A stretch of DNA of 64,000 nucleotides from Antedon mediterranea (Eukaryota > Animalia > Echinodermata): positions 34,602,437 to 34,666,436 of the forward strand of contig NC_092672.1 of NCBI RefSeq assembly GCF_964355755.1, in the 5' to 3' direction. Of this stretch, positions 36,301-48,508 are shown one piece after another (position 1 is the stretch's first letter; each line of letters starts with the position of its first letter). The notes below the pieces were generated by a model, which was given only the letters and a program-made list of their open reading frames with translations, did no database searches and had not been told where the DNA came from. Made by a program: the position numbers and the translations under genes.

Positions 36301-39300
36301 AGTAGGCCCAATGGTACGATAATTACGGGGCGCCGTTTGGGGCTGATGTACAAAACATGTATTCGATAGTGTACGTCTCTACATTATTTAGGGAAGTAAA
36401 TTTACCAAGTCAAAACACATTAAATGGTTGTTAACGTATCCTCTTCAGTAGGAGGCCCATGGTAGGCCTAACTACACTTATTATTTCGAGCGTTCAAATG
36501 TTGATAATTATGGAACGACAGTATAATAAACGCGCGCGTCGACGACGCTACCGGCACGCTTGGTCGCCTATTAAATCAAGGAAAATATTGATAAACAAGC
36601 AATACCGTGGTGAGCAGCTACAGGTGCCCGAATATTATTGAGAGAGTCTGCAGGCTAACTTGGAATAAATTAGCTAAAGCAATAACAAATAATTAAAAAA
36701 AATCATTATCATATATGCATTTTGTATTATGGAAATGGAGGCCAACACTCTTCCGATTTCAGTTTCGGCTCCGGTGCCGCTTCACAAAATATCACTATCA
36801 AATTTTATGTGATGTGCCCATATAAGGACATGATGATGTCATATAACTACCGTATTTGGGAATATCCCTACCATATTTTTTTGTCAAATTAATTTGATAG
36901 TGTAACCAGAGCTTTAGTATTTACACCCTAGGTTAATCATATTGGTATTAGTAAAGTAGGTCTAAATATTAATTTAAACCCCTAATCGTAGAAATATGAC
37001 TAAAATAGAATGATAAAATTGTGATTGCTAGGCCTCCTGATACGAAATAATTGGAACTGAAAATCGCATCAGCCTCCAAAAGCTTTTAAGTAATTTGCAT
37101 TGATTTTTAGACTAACATCGCGGAAAACACATAGTCCTACAAAATGGTGGTATTATTAAAGAACAATAACGGTAATTGCAATATTCCATGTGGCATTTAG
37201 AAATTCTAATTTTCAACGACATTCACCATTAATATAAAAATGCCGAAATTCCTAGACATAATTTGGCTGATTGAAATCTGTGAGTTGAAAGCTCAATAAA
37301 TAAAACAAATTTCGATTAAATCACGTTAAATTAGCAAATTGAAACATAACGTCTTTTATGGACTTTAAGGCTACGATTACAATATCGTAGAAGAAAACCA
37401 ATGATCGGTGACGTCATGGGTATTTATTTCTGATTATGACTTTTTTTGTAGATGGATGTGTTTATTTCAATACATTAATGCATTTATGTATGTCTAGATA
37501 ATAATCTAAACATTAATGATGTATGCGTAATATAGACGATAATATAAAAAGATAATTATTTAGATGCGTTTATAAATAGACTTTGCGTTTCTAGTTTGAT
37601 AAATCGTTACAAACGCGTTACATCTTCGAGTGTACATGTACTAAACTAAGTGATTTAAAACTATATTAAAAGTATATTTTCTTGTTATAAAACGAACATA
37701 GAACACATCCGGACGAATATCATCATTACAAACGTGAACTGACGCCTTCTCTTCAAACAAAATATTATTTTAGAAACGCTATACGAACGCGTTTAAATAA
37801 CATTCTTCAACAAAGTTACCCGTCATATTGTAAAATGACGCGTCCTTCACATCATTATAAAACGAGATCAACACATGATAACGTGCTTGTATGTGAAATG
37901 TGTTTCTTTCTTTATTTATAAATTCTGATGAGATATCCAAATCATTTGACAACAGTTAGAAACCTTTGATAGAGAAAGAAAGATGTATAATTCGGTATAG
38001 GCCTCCCATTTGGCCTTAAAATCACATTAACTGAATAAATGATACACAATCGATAAAGTAGGTAAAGCTCTGTCTACACTTTAATTAATCTTTATGTGAC
38101 AAAACAATATTATGTGCCCATATATGGACATGATGATGTCATATCTATCGTATTTGGGCACATCACACTTTTTTTTGGTCAAACTAGTTTGATAGTGTAG
38201 ACAGAGCTTAAGGTAAAGTATATGGTAATAACAATGTTTAATGTTTTAAAATTTAGTCATAGCTCTGTGAAAACAAGTGAAAAGCATAATGAAATCGATG
38301 AAAACTAAAACTAAAGCTTTGATTTTGACTTCCTTTCCGATTGGAAATAAAATTGGCATGACTGTAAGAGTAATACTTACTTTTCCCCCGAAGCAGTTTA
38401 CTTTAAAACACTTGTTCATTTTAACACTTTATTGTACACGGTGTTATACACCGGGGCCACATTGCATGCGCACATTTATAGGTCAGTGATGCATGTTGAT
38501 GTTATACAAATGATTATTATAAGTCTGTCTATTTACAGTAATTTTCGAAAAAAGAACACTGACTTAAAGTTCATCCCTAACTATACACGGTAATATACGT
38601 CTTTGTGTAAAAAAACTTAATTCACAGTGATTATATTCCAAACAGCCAACAGTACTTTCAGTATATTTAGTCTACGTTCTAGTCCGAAATTAGTAAAAAG
38701 AATAAATATGTTGGCACATATGGCGTTTCATACGTATAATACTAGTCTAGGCTCCAGATGGAGTTTTGTCTAAATATTAGTAAAAAGATAAATATTTTTG
38801 CACATATGGCGTTTCATACGTGTATTACTTGAGTTTGGATATTTTCAGACAAAAATCAAAACGACGATGTGTGGAATAACATAAAAAAGATATTAAATAC
38901 AGACTTGAGCAAGTCTAGTATAATACATGAGCTCGTATTTTCAGGCAAAAATCGAAATGCCGACTGGTGGACTAAGCCAATAAATAGACTTGAGGCATGT
39001 TTTATAGTACATTATTATACTCCACACATGCACCTTTTATAAAATTCTTACCAGCAGCAATAGTTAGAATAGAACAGCGTATTTATTTAAACAAAAAATA
39101 GAAATTTTACTAATTTAAAAATAAGTTTTTTAAAGCTTATTAACTAATTCTTAAAGATAAGAGTTTTTCTTTCCCAGAGGACTGTCTCTCACCCAGTAAT
39201 ACGACTTTAAAATGCGCTATTTATGATGATATCTATAAAAAAATGTATTTGAAACGAACATAGCTTACGGTATGTCATTATCTTAATAGTTGACCATGTG

Positions 39301-39470
39301 CATGTAATTCTCTCGTGTTTAGTATCAATAAATAAATATCAACAGAGCCAAGATGAGTTATGTTATAATGATTTAATTTCGTTACGATGTTTTCAGGAAT
39401 TTATCAAGGCATGCTATGTTACTTTTTCAATATTGAATAAAAAAAACGTAGACATTCACTTATTGTTTAG

Positions 39471-39811
39471 CAGTGGCCAATCAACATAGAGGGTTCGACC
39501 CATGTGATGAATCCACGTTTATCGCGCGTAAATTAATGTTACTGTAAGTGTGCGAAAATCATCTGCCCTAGTTTTATTTAACAGTGACCAATCAACGTAG
39601 TGTAGGATGTGACCCATGTGATGAACCCACGATGAATAGTTATCGCGCGTGAATTATTACTGTAATTGCGCGAAAATCATCTGCCCTAGTTTTATTTAAC
39701 AGTGGCCAATCAACGTAGTAGGATGTGACCCATGTGATGAACCCACGATGAATAGTTATCGCGCGTGAATTATTATTGTAATTGCGCGCGAAAATCATCT
39801 GCCCTAGTTTT
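39471..39811. repeat. Tandem repeat, ~115 bp x3
   Basis: CAGTGGCCAATCAAC...GACCCATGTGATGAA...CGAAAATCATCTGCCCTAGTTTT occurs three times. Confidence 0.85.
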
Positions 39812-40267
39812 GGAATGATATAGAAGTTAACACAATTTCATTTGATTATTTATACAAGTTGTAAAAAACACCGCTTTGAACTTAACTGCCAGATGCAAAT
39901 TGTATTGTTACTGCTCATACCACCAATAAAATCGTCAATGTTTTTTATTTTGTATGACATCATCAGCAAATGATGATGTCATCATTATTAAAATGTCGTT
40001 TCTACCTTTCTCACAAAAAGTTCTATTCTTATACGTATAAAATTAGACCTCATTCTATTCTTAGGCCTATATGATAAGAATGGTGCAATTTTTAGAGTCA
40101 TAATAGAAGTCATGATACAGTATAGATCTATACAAAATTATATGTTATGTAAGATTAATATAAGGTATACTTAATTATAGGCCTATTTGGTAATATATTG
40201 GTGATATATTACATTTCTGTTTTTAATACAAAAACGAATTGAATGTTTAGAAAGATGACGTAATATA

Positions 40268-40545
40268 GAGTTCGTTTAAAAAGGATGATATCATTAATTG
40301 CAGATGATGTCATAGAATGTTTAAAAAACGACTACAATTCTTGTTAAAAGTTGTATGGTACGATGAGATAGAGAGGGAGTATTTGTCATATATTGCAGAG
40401 TCCTAATATGGAGCTCGTTTAAAAAGGATGACGTCATCTTTGTAGATGATGTAATAGAAAGTTTAAAAAATCGACTACAATTCTTGCTAAAACGTTTTAT
40501 GATGCGATATAGGCCTAGAGAGAGGGAGTGTTTGTCATTTATAGC
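40268..40545. repeat. Diverged tandem duplication, ~143 bp x2
   Basis: CGTTTAAAAAGGATGA...CGACTACAATTCTTG...GAGAGGGAGT.TTTGTCAT occurs twice. Confidence 0.7.
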
Positions 40546-42582
40546 AGAAACGAACTCAATATGTCCGAATGCCCCGAAACAACATCTCATGTGTTACACA
40601 AAACAAAAAATCCATTAAGAAACACGTGGAACTATCATATCATTATACTGGACAATGCTCACTTTGATTAATGCGTTATTTATGTACCAAAACATGCACG
40701 TGTCTTTGTTAGCATTGCCTGCAGTGTTTAAGAAAAACGCAAGCGAACGTATAACAACGTAAAAATGAACGTGATATCACGCACGATGTATGTAAAGGTG
40801 TATTATATTAGCGCGAGAGATAGTATGGACCATTCCCTATCTGACACACTTCTAATGCCTTGTCAATTAATCATTTTAACATAAATGGAAAACTGTTTAA
40901 TGGTACTTTAAAGAGATTATAGAAGATGGTAAGAACACTAATGATGGATATGCATTCTAAGAAAACATTTTTGTAGATTTAGGTAATTAAGATGAATATG
41001 GTTTTAATATCATATTTATTATTTAACAGAAAGACATAGGCCTATTATAAATGCAACACTACACACAGGACGAGGACACAAACGCACGGCCCTATATATA
41101 CGTCTAAATTTCGAAATTATCCAATCACACGCGATTGGTCAATTTCGTGCGTGATTAAACTGTCGTTCCTGATTGGTCAATTTCGTGCGTAGCGCGTACG
41201 TCCTTGTGTTGCGTTCAACTAATGAGAGGCAGGTTTTACCGGTAAATAAAAAATATTAATGCATCATTACTAAATAAATGTTAAATTAAAATGACAATAG
41301 CTGACGCGTTTTGATAATTAACCTAAATATCGCATTGATTGCTTAAACCACACTAAAAAGCAAGAGCACTTGATGGAAGACCATGAACTTTTGCCCAAAG
41401 TGGCGCAACTTGTAATGTGCGCTTTAAAATTATGATCTTTTATTAAAAAATAGAGATTAATTAGACAACGCCAGCACGTAATGAACAACAAAACAATACG
41501 TGGCGGCGCCCTGTTTACTGTCGATCCGATAAATAACATCCGGCACCATGCGAAACAAAACATCAACAATGAAAAGCCTAAGGCTGGTTTTCCATGAGGC
41601 GAGTTAATTTGCGCGAATTATTAATAGCGTAGACTAATGCGCATGCGTATTCATATTTCCAACTACTTTTGTGACGCAAACAATTTTATAACCAATCACG
41701 AGAACTCATGATAAGGGAATGTTCACGAGAATATATCGCTTCACTATCAAAATAGTTTGACAAAAAAGTGTGATATACCCAAATATGGTAGTGATAATAT
41801 GATGTCATCGTGTCCATATATGAACACATCACACTTTTTTATCCAATAAAGTTTGATAGTTTAAACAGAGCTTTAGTGGAAAACATCCTTAATTGATGGG
41901 CATCATCATTTTCATTTTCAACAAAATCGTTAAATTTTGTTTATTGAAGACTTTTAATTCTGGATTAACCTAATTGTTTTTGTATCAAACATTGAGTTGA
42001 AAGTATTGAATGATTTGACTGCGACTTAACTTAACTTACTGCTTTCGTAATTATAAAACTATTTTCTAAATAAACGAACGTATAAAACGGCATTAGCCTA
42101 TAAAATACAAAGCACTAAATGCTTGGAATGATAAGGAATGTTATTATTATTAAAAGGATGAACTGTCATGGTAATGGTGATGGTAATGGCTGGAAATAAG
42201 TGCTCTGGGTTTAACAACATCATTGATTTTAAGCTTTCTACTATTTAATGTTTACAGTAATGATGATGTACAGTGCATTGTAACTCAAAATATTGTTTAA
42301 CCTGCGCGATTGATTCAATCAATAATTTTCGGAAAATGGAAAAATTAAAAAAATCAATCATCAAAATGAATAGGGCCTATATCAATACAATACTCGCGAG
42401 GAATGTACACGTATTTCATATTTTAGCCAATACAACGTGGTTCCTACTCCTACTAGAACGACGTATTGGACGCAAGGTGCTGTATTGCGTAAATCACAAG
42501 TGGGAACCGACGACGAGAATAGTGCAGTGCTCCAAACTTCGCAGGTTTGATTTTACGCAGGCGGGGGCAAACACAATTATTA

Positions 42583-42767
42583 AGCGTGGTTCCCACTAGC
42601 GACGCAACACAAGGACGTAACGCAACGCAAGTGAATTGACCAATCACAAGCGATGGCTTATTTGCTTGTGATTGCTAACTGTCTATAACTTCGCTTGTCA
42701 TTGGTTAAAACGCTCGCGTTACGTTTCGTAGTATGCGTTACGTTGCGTCGCTAGTGGGAACCACGCT
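42583..42767. mobile_element. MITE family B copy
   Basis: AGCGTGGTTCCCACTAGCGACGCAAC pairs with GTTGCGTCGCTAGTGGGAACCACGCT; TTA/TAA flanks. Confidence 0.85.
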
Positions 42768-43134
42768 TAAACAAGATAGTCAGGATGTTTACCCGTACAA
42801 GAGTGTTATGAATGTTCGTTTAGGCGAGCGCATGTGAACTTTTTTTTAAATCGATGCCCGCTCAGTTCAGATAGCTTAAACGTTTATACAGTTTGTTGGC
42901 GGCTATTTCACACAAATACGATCGTTTATATTTTATTAATCGTTTGTCGTAAAAACCAGACATTGCTATATTCATCAGCATAAAGAAAAACACATAACCG
43001 TAAAAATCTGATCGAACGTGCTTCAGGGAAGTTTAAAAGGAATTTTGTACTAACCAATGTTGTAATCAATGTTATTGACATCACAGATCTCGCGGAACCA
43101 AAACATTAAGAAAGAATTTTTTTAGAAGAATTTA

Positions 43135-43404
43135 TATGAAAGGCAATCACCGGCAAAAATACAATTACAAACATACAATTCGCGGAAATATACAACGTAC
43201 TCGCAGACACGTGACTGACAATGTCTGTTTCATATATATATGTCTTTTTGTTGGCTTCTTCTGCGAGTACGCTGTATGTTTCTGCGAGTACGCTGTACGT
43301 TTCTGCGAGTACGTTGTACGTTTCTGCGAGTACGCTGTATATTTTCGCGAGTACAAGTGTATGTTTGTTTGTAACTGTATTTTTGACGATGATTGCCTTC
43401 CATA
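43135..43404. mobile_element. MITE with ~40-bp TIRs and internal 21-bp tandem repeats (TTCTGCGAGTACGCTGTACGT x4-5)
   Basis: TATGAAAGGCAATCACCGGCAAAAATACAATTACAAAC pairs with GTTTGTAACTGTATTTTTGACGATGATTGCCTTCCATA. Confidence 0.75.
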
Positions 43405-45354
43405 ACTTTACCAAATGTCCGAACAGAAAACAATAATCCAAAGAATGTTTACTGTACTTTACAAAGAGATCATAAAAAACGGCTTTATCACATCACAATA
43501 AATTGTTTACTGTAAGTTATTAAATTCTTATAATGATAAAGCCTTGGTTCCATTGGATGCAACGCATACGTAAGTATAAAGCCCACCGCAATTTGACCGA
43601 CGATCGTCCAAACACGTGCGTTGCGTCCAAGTGTTACGTAACGCTGTATATGTCACTATAAATAAACTTCATATCAAATCTTTGAAACAAACACATTAAT
43701 GAACGCATTGTGATCCATATTTATATAAACAACAATCGAAGAATCTTAGTCAAAATACGATGACGTTAACGCGATTATGTGTTGTTGCAACATGTTATCA
43801 AAACAGTTACAAAATATGAACGCCTTATTAATTAACTAGGCCAGTAGACGCTTTCCAGATTTTGTCGTAAATTCTTATAAACAACATGTTAGACAAATTA
43901 CGTAAAAGGAAATAGTATAGTAAAGGTTATTATCCGTCTGCTCATCAATAAGACACGTTCAGACGATTTTAAAAGTACTTATAGCTGATTGGTTTAAAGT
44001 GAAGACGTTTTGTCTAATCAGTTGCGTACAAGTAGTGAATCATTCTGATTGGTTGATTGTTTATCCAGGTCGAAACAGCAAAACACGGATTTTAATTGAC
44101 GTCATCTACGCTTGTTTTTACAACATTTTAGCGAAGTTTCGATTATTTTAATATTTTATTTAAATCAGTTACAACTGGAGATGTAGACTTGCCCCAAGTC
44201 TGTAGTTATTTCGAGGATTTTCGATGTTTGCAATGTCTGAAATACAAACTCAAATATGAAACGCCATATGTGCCAAAATATTTATCTTTTTACTAATATT
44301 AAGTCAAAACTCTACCTTGAACCCAGACTACAGGAGATGCAGTAGAACACCTCGTTTGTGACACACTCCTATATTCATGGGACACTTTCTGTGATGAAAA
44401 CATGAAAGAGAAATATATAGGTTTTACTAGCATAAACTTCTATTAAATACTTTCACAAGACATTTTACAATTTTAATATGCAGACTGAAAAATTTATAAA
44501 CCTTCATTTATTTAGTATTTTAAACACGATTAATTCAGTATATTAATATGTATACTAAGTATCGCTTTTAGCAAAACTATGATTGTCAATGATGCTAATC
44601 TAGAGATATGAAACCTGTTCAACTTACGGGCTTGCAATTTATTAACAGTATCTTTTACTTTATCGATATCGTAAATCAGTTTGAAAAGACTAAACCACAA
44701 GTGTTACAAATTATACGATAGGGTTAAAACATTAGTAATTAAATGTAGGCTTTTACATATCTTGGTACTTAAACACACGCCATGCTATACGTATATAGCC
44801 AAAAGGATAAACAAAAACACGTCAGGATATGACGTCATATTAAGACGGCCAGTAATACGTTGCGCGTGATGGTGCATTTCGTAATTGTATTTGACGCATG
44901 CGCAAATCTTTAAGCAAGATATTATTGGGAATATACTTAACTAGTTTGGTTTTTTTTCCTTCTTCTATTTCATTTTGTTCATCTCTTCCTCACACATTTC
45001 CACCAAAGGCGTGCGTTTATGAAAATAGCATTTTAGCTTCTGCGTCATTTAATCGGACGTGAATGATAATATAAAGGTAAAATAAAAATTATACATTTTG
45101 GGAAAACGCCGAATGTTTTACAATTTTTAAAATAGTTAGCAGCTGCTGCTTATACGGATTTTGATGAGAGCTTTTCCAACTTTCGTTGTCATTGTCCTTA
45201 ATTGAAAGTTGGAAAAGCTCTCGAAAAAATCTTCAAAAGCAGCAGCTGATATAAACTACATAAACAAATAAAATTATTCTTATTCTTTTATTATAATAAT
45301 TATAATTTATAATATTCCATTTTTCTCCTCCAGAATAACCGTAAAATTGACGTT

Positions 45355-46488
45355 ATGGAGCAATACGCCCCGACGCAATCAGCGTTAGAGATAGAGAACA
45401 TTACGGCCAACACGACGACGCTGTCATACGCCGAAGCACCGACGTTTACCGAGGTTGATAAACTGATTATAACAGTTTTCATGCCAATAGTAGTGACTGT
45501 TGGAATAACTGGTAACATTGCTATTATTATTGTATTCTTACGCATCAAACCAATGCGAACGTCTATGAACATATATCTGGCGAATCTAGCTTTAGCGGAT
45601 CTAATGTACCTGACGAACGCACCAGTTACAATCTGGAAAGTGTTCGCAGCCGGCGACCTTAACGAAGACAGTGCAATCAGTTTGTTTTACTGCAAGCTAA
45701 ATACGTTTCTTGTGGATGTTAGTTTTCACGTCAGCTCTTTGACAATTCTGGCGTTAACACTGGAGAGATATTTTGTTGTCTGTTGGCCATTGAGGTTTAA
45801 GACAACCAACGTGAGACCGATAGCGATTGGTGCAACGCTTTGTTGCTGGGGTGTATCATTTGTTTGGAACTCGCGTAAACTGGCTTTTACCGGTTTTAAG
45901 CATTATCGAAATATGATGCATGAAGGAGAGTTGGTTGATATTACATATTGTACGTATTATTCAACTAGGCATCCCGGTGAAGAAATCTTGCACACTATTG
46001 ACGCCTCGTTGTTTTTCGTCGTCGCTGTAACCATTTTCATTCTGTATTTCTTGATGATTTCAATGATGCAGAAGATGTCACGGACGCAGAGAACCTTATC
46101 GCGTTCCTTTATGGTGAAACACAGAGCTCAGCATAAGATATTGAGAATGCTTATACTCACTGTCACAGTATACATCTTATGTCTAAGCCCTTTCCAGGTA
46201 ATTAACTTGATCTCAATTCATGGAGACTTGCACCCAGATGCTGCCGGAATTTTGATAAATCTTTGTCGGTGTCTACTCTATATAAACTCGGCGGCAAATC
46301 CATTTATTTATAATGTATTTAATATTAAGTACAGGGAAGCGTTTGTGGAATGTTTTTGCAGTTTTCCAGGAAAAAAGCTTAGTAGAACTTACACAAGAAC
46401 CAATGAGCTATCGCCACGTAGGACGCAGACGATGTTGACGAAAATGAACAGTAACAAATCAACAACATCAAACTACAACAACAACTGA
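45355..46488 (+). CDS. Class A (rhodopsin-like) peptide GPCR, 377 aa, of the TRH/ghrelin/neuromedin-U receptor-like group; single coding exon
   Basis: Seven hydrophobic segments; GN in TM1, MNIYLANLALADL in TM2, C at the top of TM3, ERY...VCWPL, CLSPFQ in TM6, NSAANPFIY in TM7, N-terminal NxT sequons. Acceptor TTTTCTCCTCCAG at 45333 implies an upstream non-coding exon. Ligand family is not assignable by eye. Confidence 0.92.
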   Translation: MEQYAPTQSALEIENITANTTTLSYAEAPTFTEVDKLIITVFMPIVVTVGITGNIAIIIVFLRIKPMRTSMNIYLANLALADLMYLTNAPVTIWKVFAAGDLNEDSAISLFYCKLNTFLVDVSFHVSSLTILALTLERYFVVCWPLRFKTTNVRPIAIGATLCCWGVSFVWNSRKLAFTGFKHYRNMMHEGELVDITYCTYYSTRHPGEEILHTIDASLFFVVAVTIFILYFLMISMMQKMSRTQRTLSRSFMVKHRAQHKILRMLILTVTVYILCLSPFQVINLISIHGDLHPDAAGILINLCRCLLYINSAANPFIYNVFNIKYREAFVECFCSFPGKKLSRTYTRTNELSPRRTQTMLTKMNSNKSTTSNYNNN

Positions 46489-46845
46489 ACCAATGAGCTA
46501 TCGCCACGTGGTACGCAGACGATGTTGACGAAAATGAACAGTAACAAATTAACAACATCAAACTACAACAACAACTGAACCAATGAGCTATCGCCACGTA
46601 GGAGGCAGACGATGTTGACGAAATGAACAGTAACAAATCAACAATATCAAACTACAACAACAATTGAACCAATGAGCTATCGCAACGTGGTACGCAGACG
46701 ATGTTGACGAAATGAACAGTAACAAATCAACAATATCAAACTACAACAACAATTGAACCAATGAGCTATCGCAACGTGGTACGCAGACGATGTTGACGAA
46801 ATGAACAGTAACAAATCAACAACATCAAACTACAACAACAATTGA
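46397..46845 (+). repeat. 89-90-bp unit x5 spanning the GPCR C-terminal codons and stop
   Basis: Units start at 46397, 46487, 46577, 46666 and 46755. Confidence 0.92.
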
Positions 46846-48334
46846 TCGGAAAAGCAAATTCCACAATGACAAACAACTGTATAAAGTACATTTAGTACAT
46901 ACTAACATACCTAAATGTGATTTTACAGTATAAAAATGTATTGTTATTGAAAGAGAAAGAAAAGTTATTGGACAGGAGATATGAGAAACATTTTAATCGA
47001 TTGAAAAAGAATCAAGGGACTTTAATCGAATCAACTACCGGTGAAAATGTGTGATTGTATAGCTGTTATCTTCAAAAGTTAATCTCTGTATATTATACTG
47101 TAGTATAGCCATAGACCTAAATGTATAGGTCATCGTACAGCCAACGTTATACAAATCCACTCCACTAAAACTGGACACACTGAATCAATGTCCAGCCGAT
47201 CCTCGAGCAAAGTCAAGAAAATCCTTTCATGTTTTTGCTATAGCATCATGTTTTAGGCCTAAAAATAAATTACATTAGTACATTGGTTTCTGTTAGAGTA
47301 TAACACTTTCTACCAAAGGAGTTACCATTTTCATGGCATTTCCCAAATACTTTCCCAAACATTTGAGCATAAACAAGCATACAGCATTTAGTAGTAAATT
47401 CTTACATAAGTACGAATTCTGAAAAGCTGGAAAATGTGTAAACATATTTACGTCACTAATATCACACACTGAAAACGTGAAAGCTAAATAACAATATCTT
47501 TTCTAAGCTTAATTAAATTGAATGACTATTAAACTTAGCTTCTTCGTCGCCTGAATAACAATGTAGCATATGCGTTTAATGCATTTTGGAATCTATTCTT
47601 AGTTTAAGCACAATATTGTTTCTCCATAGTCTACGACACGTGGATTAAGAACATGTGTTACTTCTAGAAAAGAATACTGTAGTATAAAATTGATATAGTG
47701 ACATAATGTATACATGGCGGCTTTGATTTATAACATCCGTAAGTGTAAATAAAACATGCTATAGTATATTTTTTTCAAAGCTACATCATATCCAAGTCGC
47801 CAATGATAAACGCTGCTAATTATTATACCGTCGACAAACGTCCAAAGTGGGCTTGCGTTTTCCCTTTCAGCTTGTAAAAATAATTCAAAATAAATCCCAT
47901 CTATAAACGAAGCTCATCCAAAATTTGTAATTAAAAACAAATCATAAGTATTATATACTTAGTTCGTGCTCTACTCAAGGCTTCGTAATTTTTAAAACAA
48001 CCAATACGATCATTCCAGAAAGAGTCATCAAAATACACAAACAGATGCAAATACTACTATTAATACATATTGTACCTATATTTTCCTTATAGATATATAC
48101 TATTAATACATAATTGTACATTTTCCACGTGTATTTACAACCTTTTTATAAAAAATGTCCGTTGCTGTGTTAAGTTAATATTATTCCCTATTACGTATAA
48201 ATAGATGGATAGTTGTGTGTGCGTTAATCACACACTTACACTTGTGTATGCTTATCATATACTTTCTCTCTCATTGATTGAAAGTTGTTAAAATGTAGCG
48301 TACGTAGTTTGCTATAATTTAACACTTCTGACTT

Positions 48335-48508
48335 AATTTACACAGACGAGCGGTAACGCTAAACGGAAAAAACCGCGTAGCTTGTCCCACATAAAATCTG
48401 AATCTATCCTGAGTCGAAACCACCCGTCTGCTCAGCGTTGTGTGTAAATGGTCATAAGAAATAATATAGATTCTATATTTATATTCCACTCGTCTGTGTA
48501 AACTGGCC
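48335..48508. mobile_element. Small TIR element
   Basis: TTTACACAGACGAG ... CTCGTCTGTGTAAA. Confidence 0.55.

Noticed and set aside
43106-43441. Five overlapping ORFs with 7-aa repeats
   Set aside because: 21-bp tandem repeat inside a MITE.
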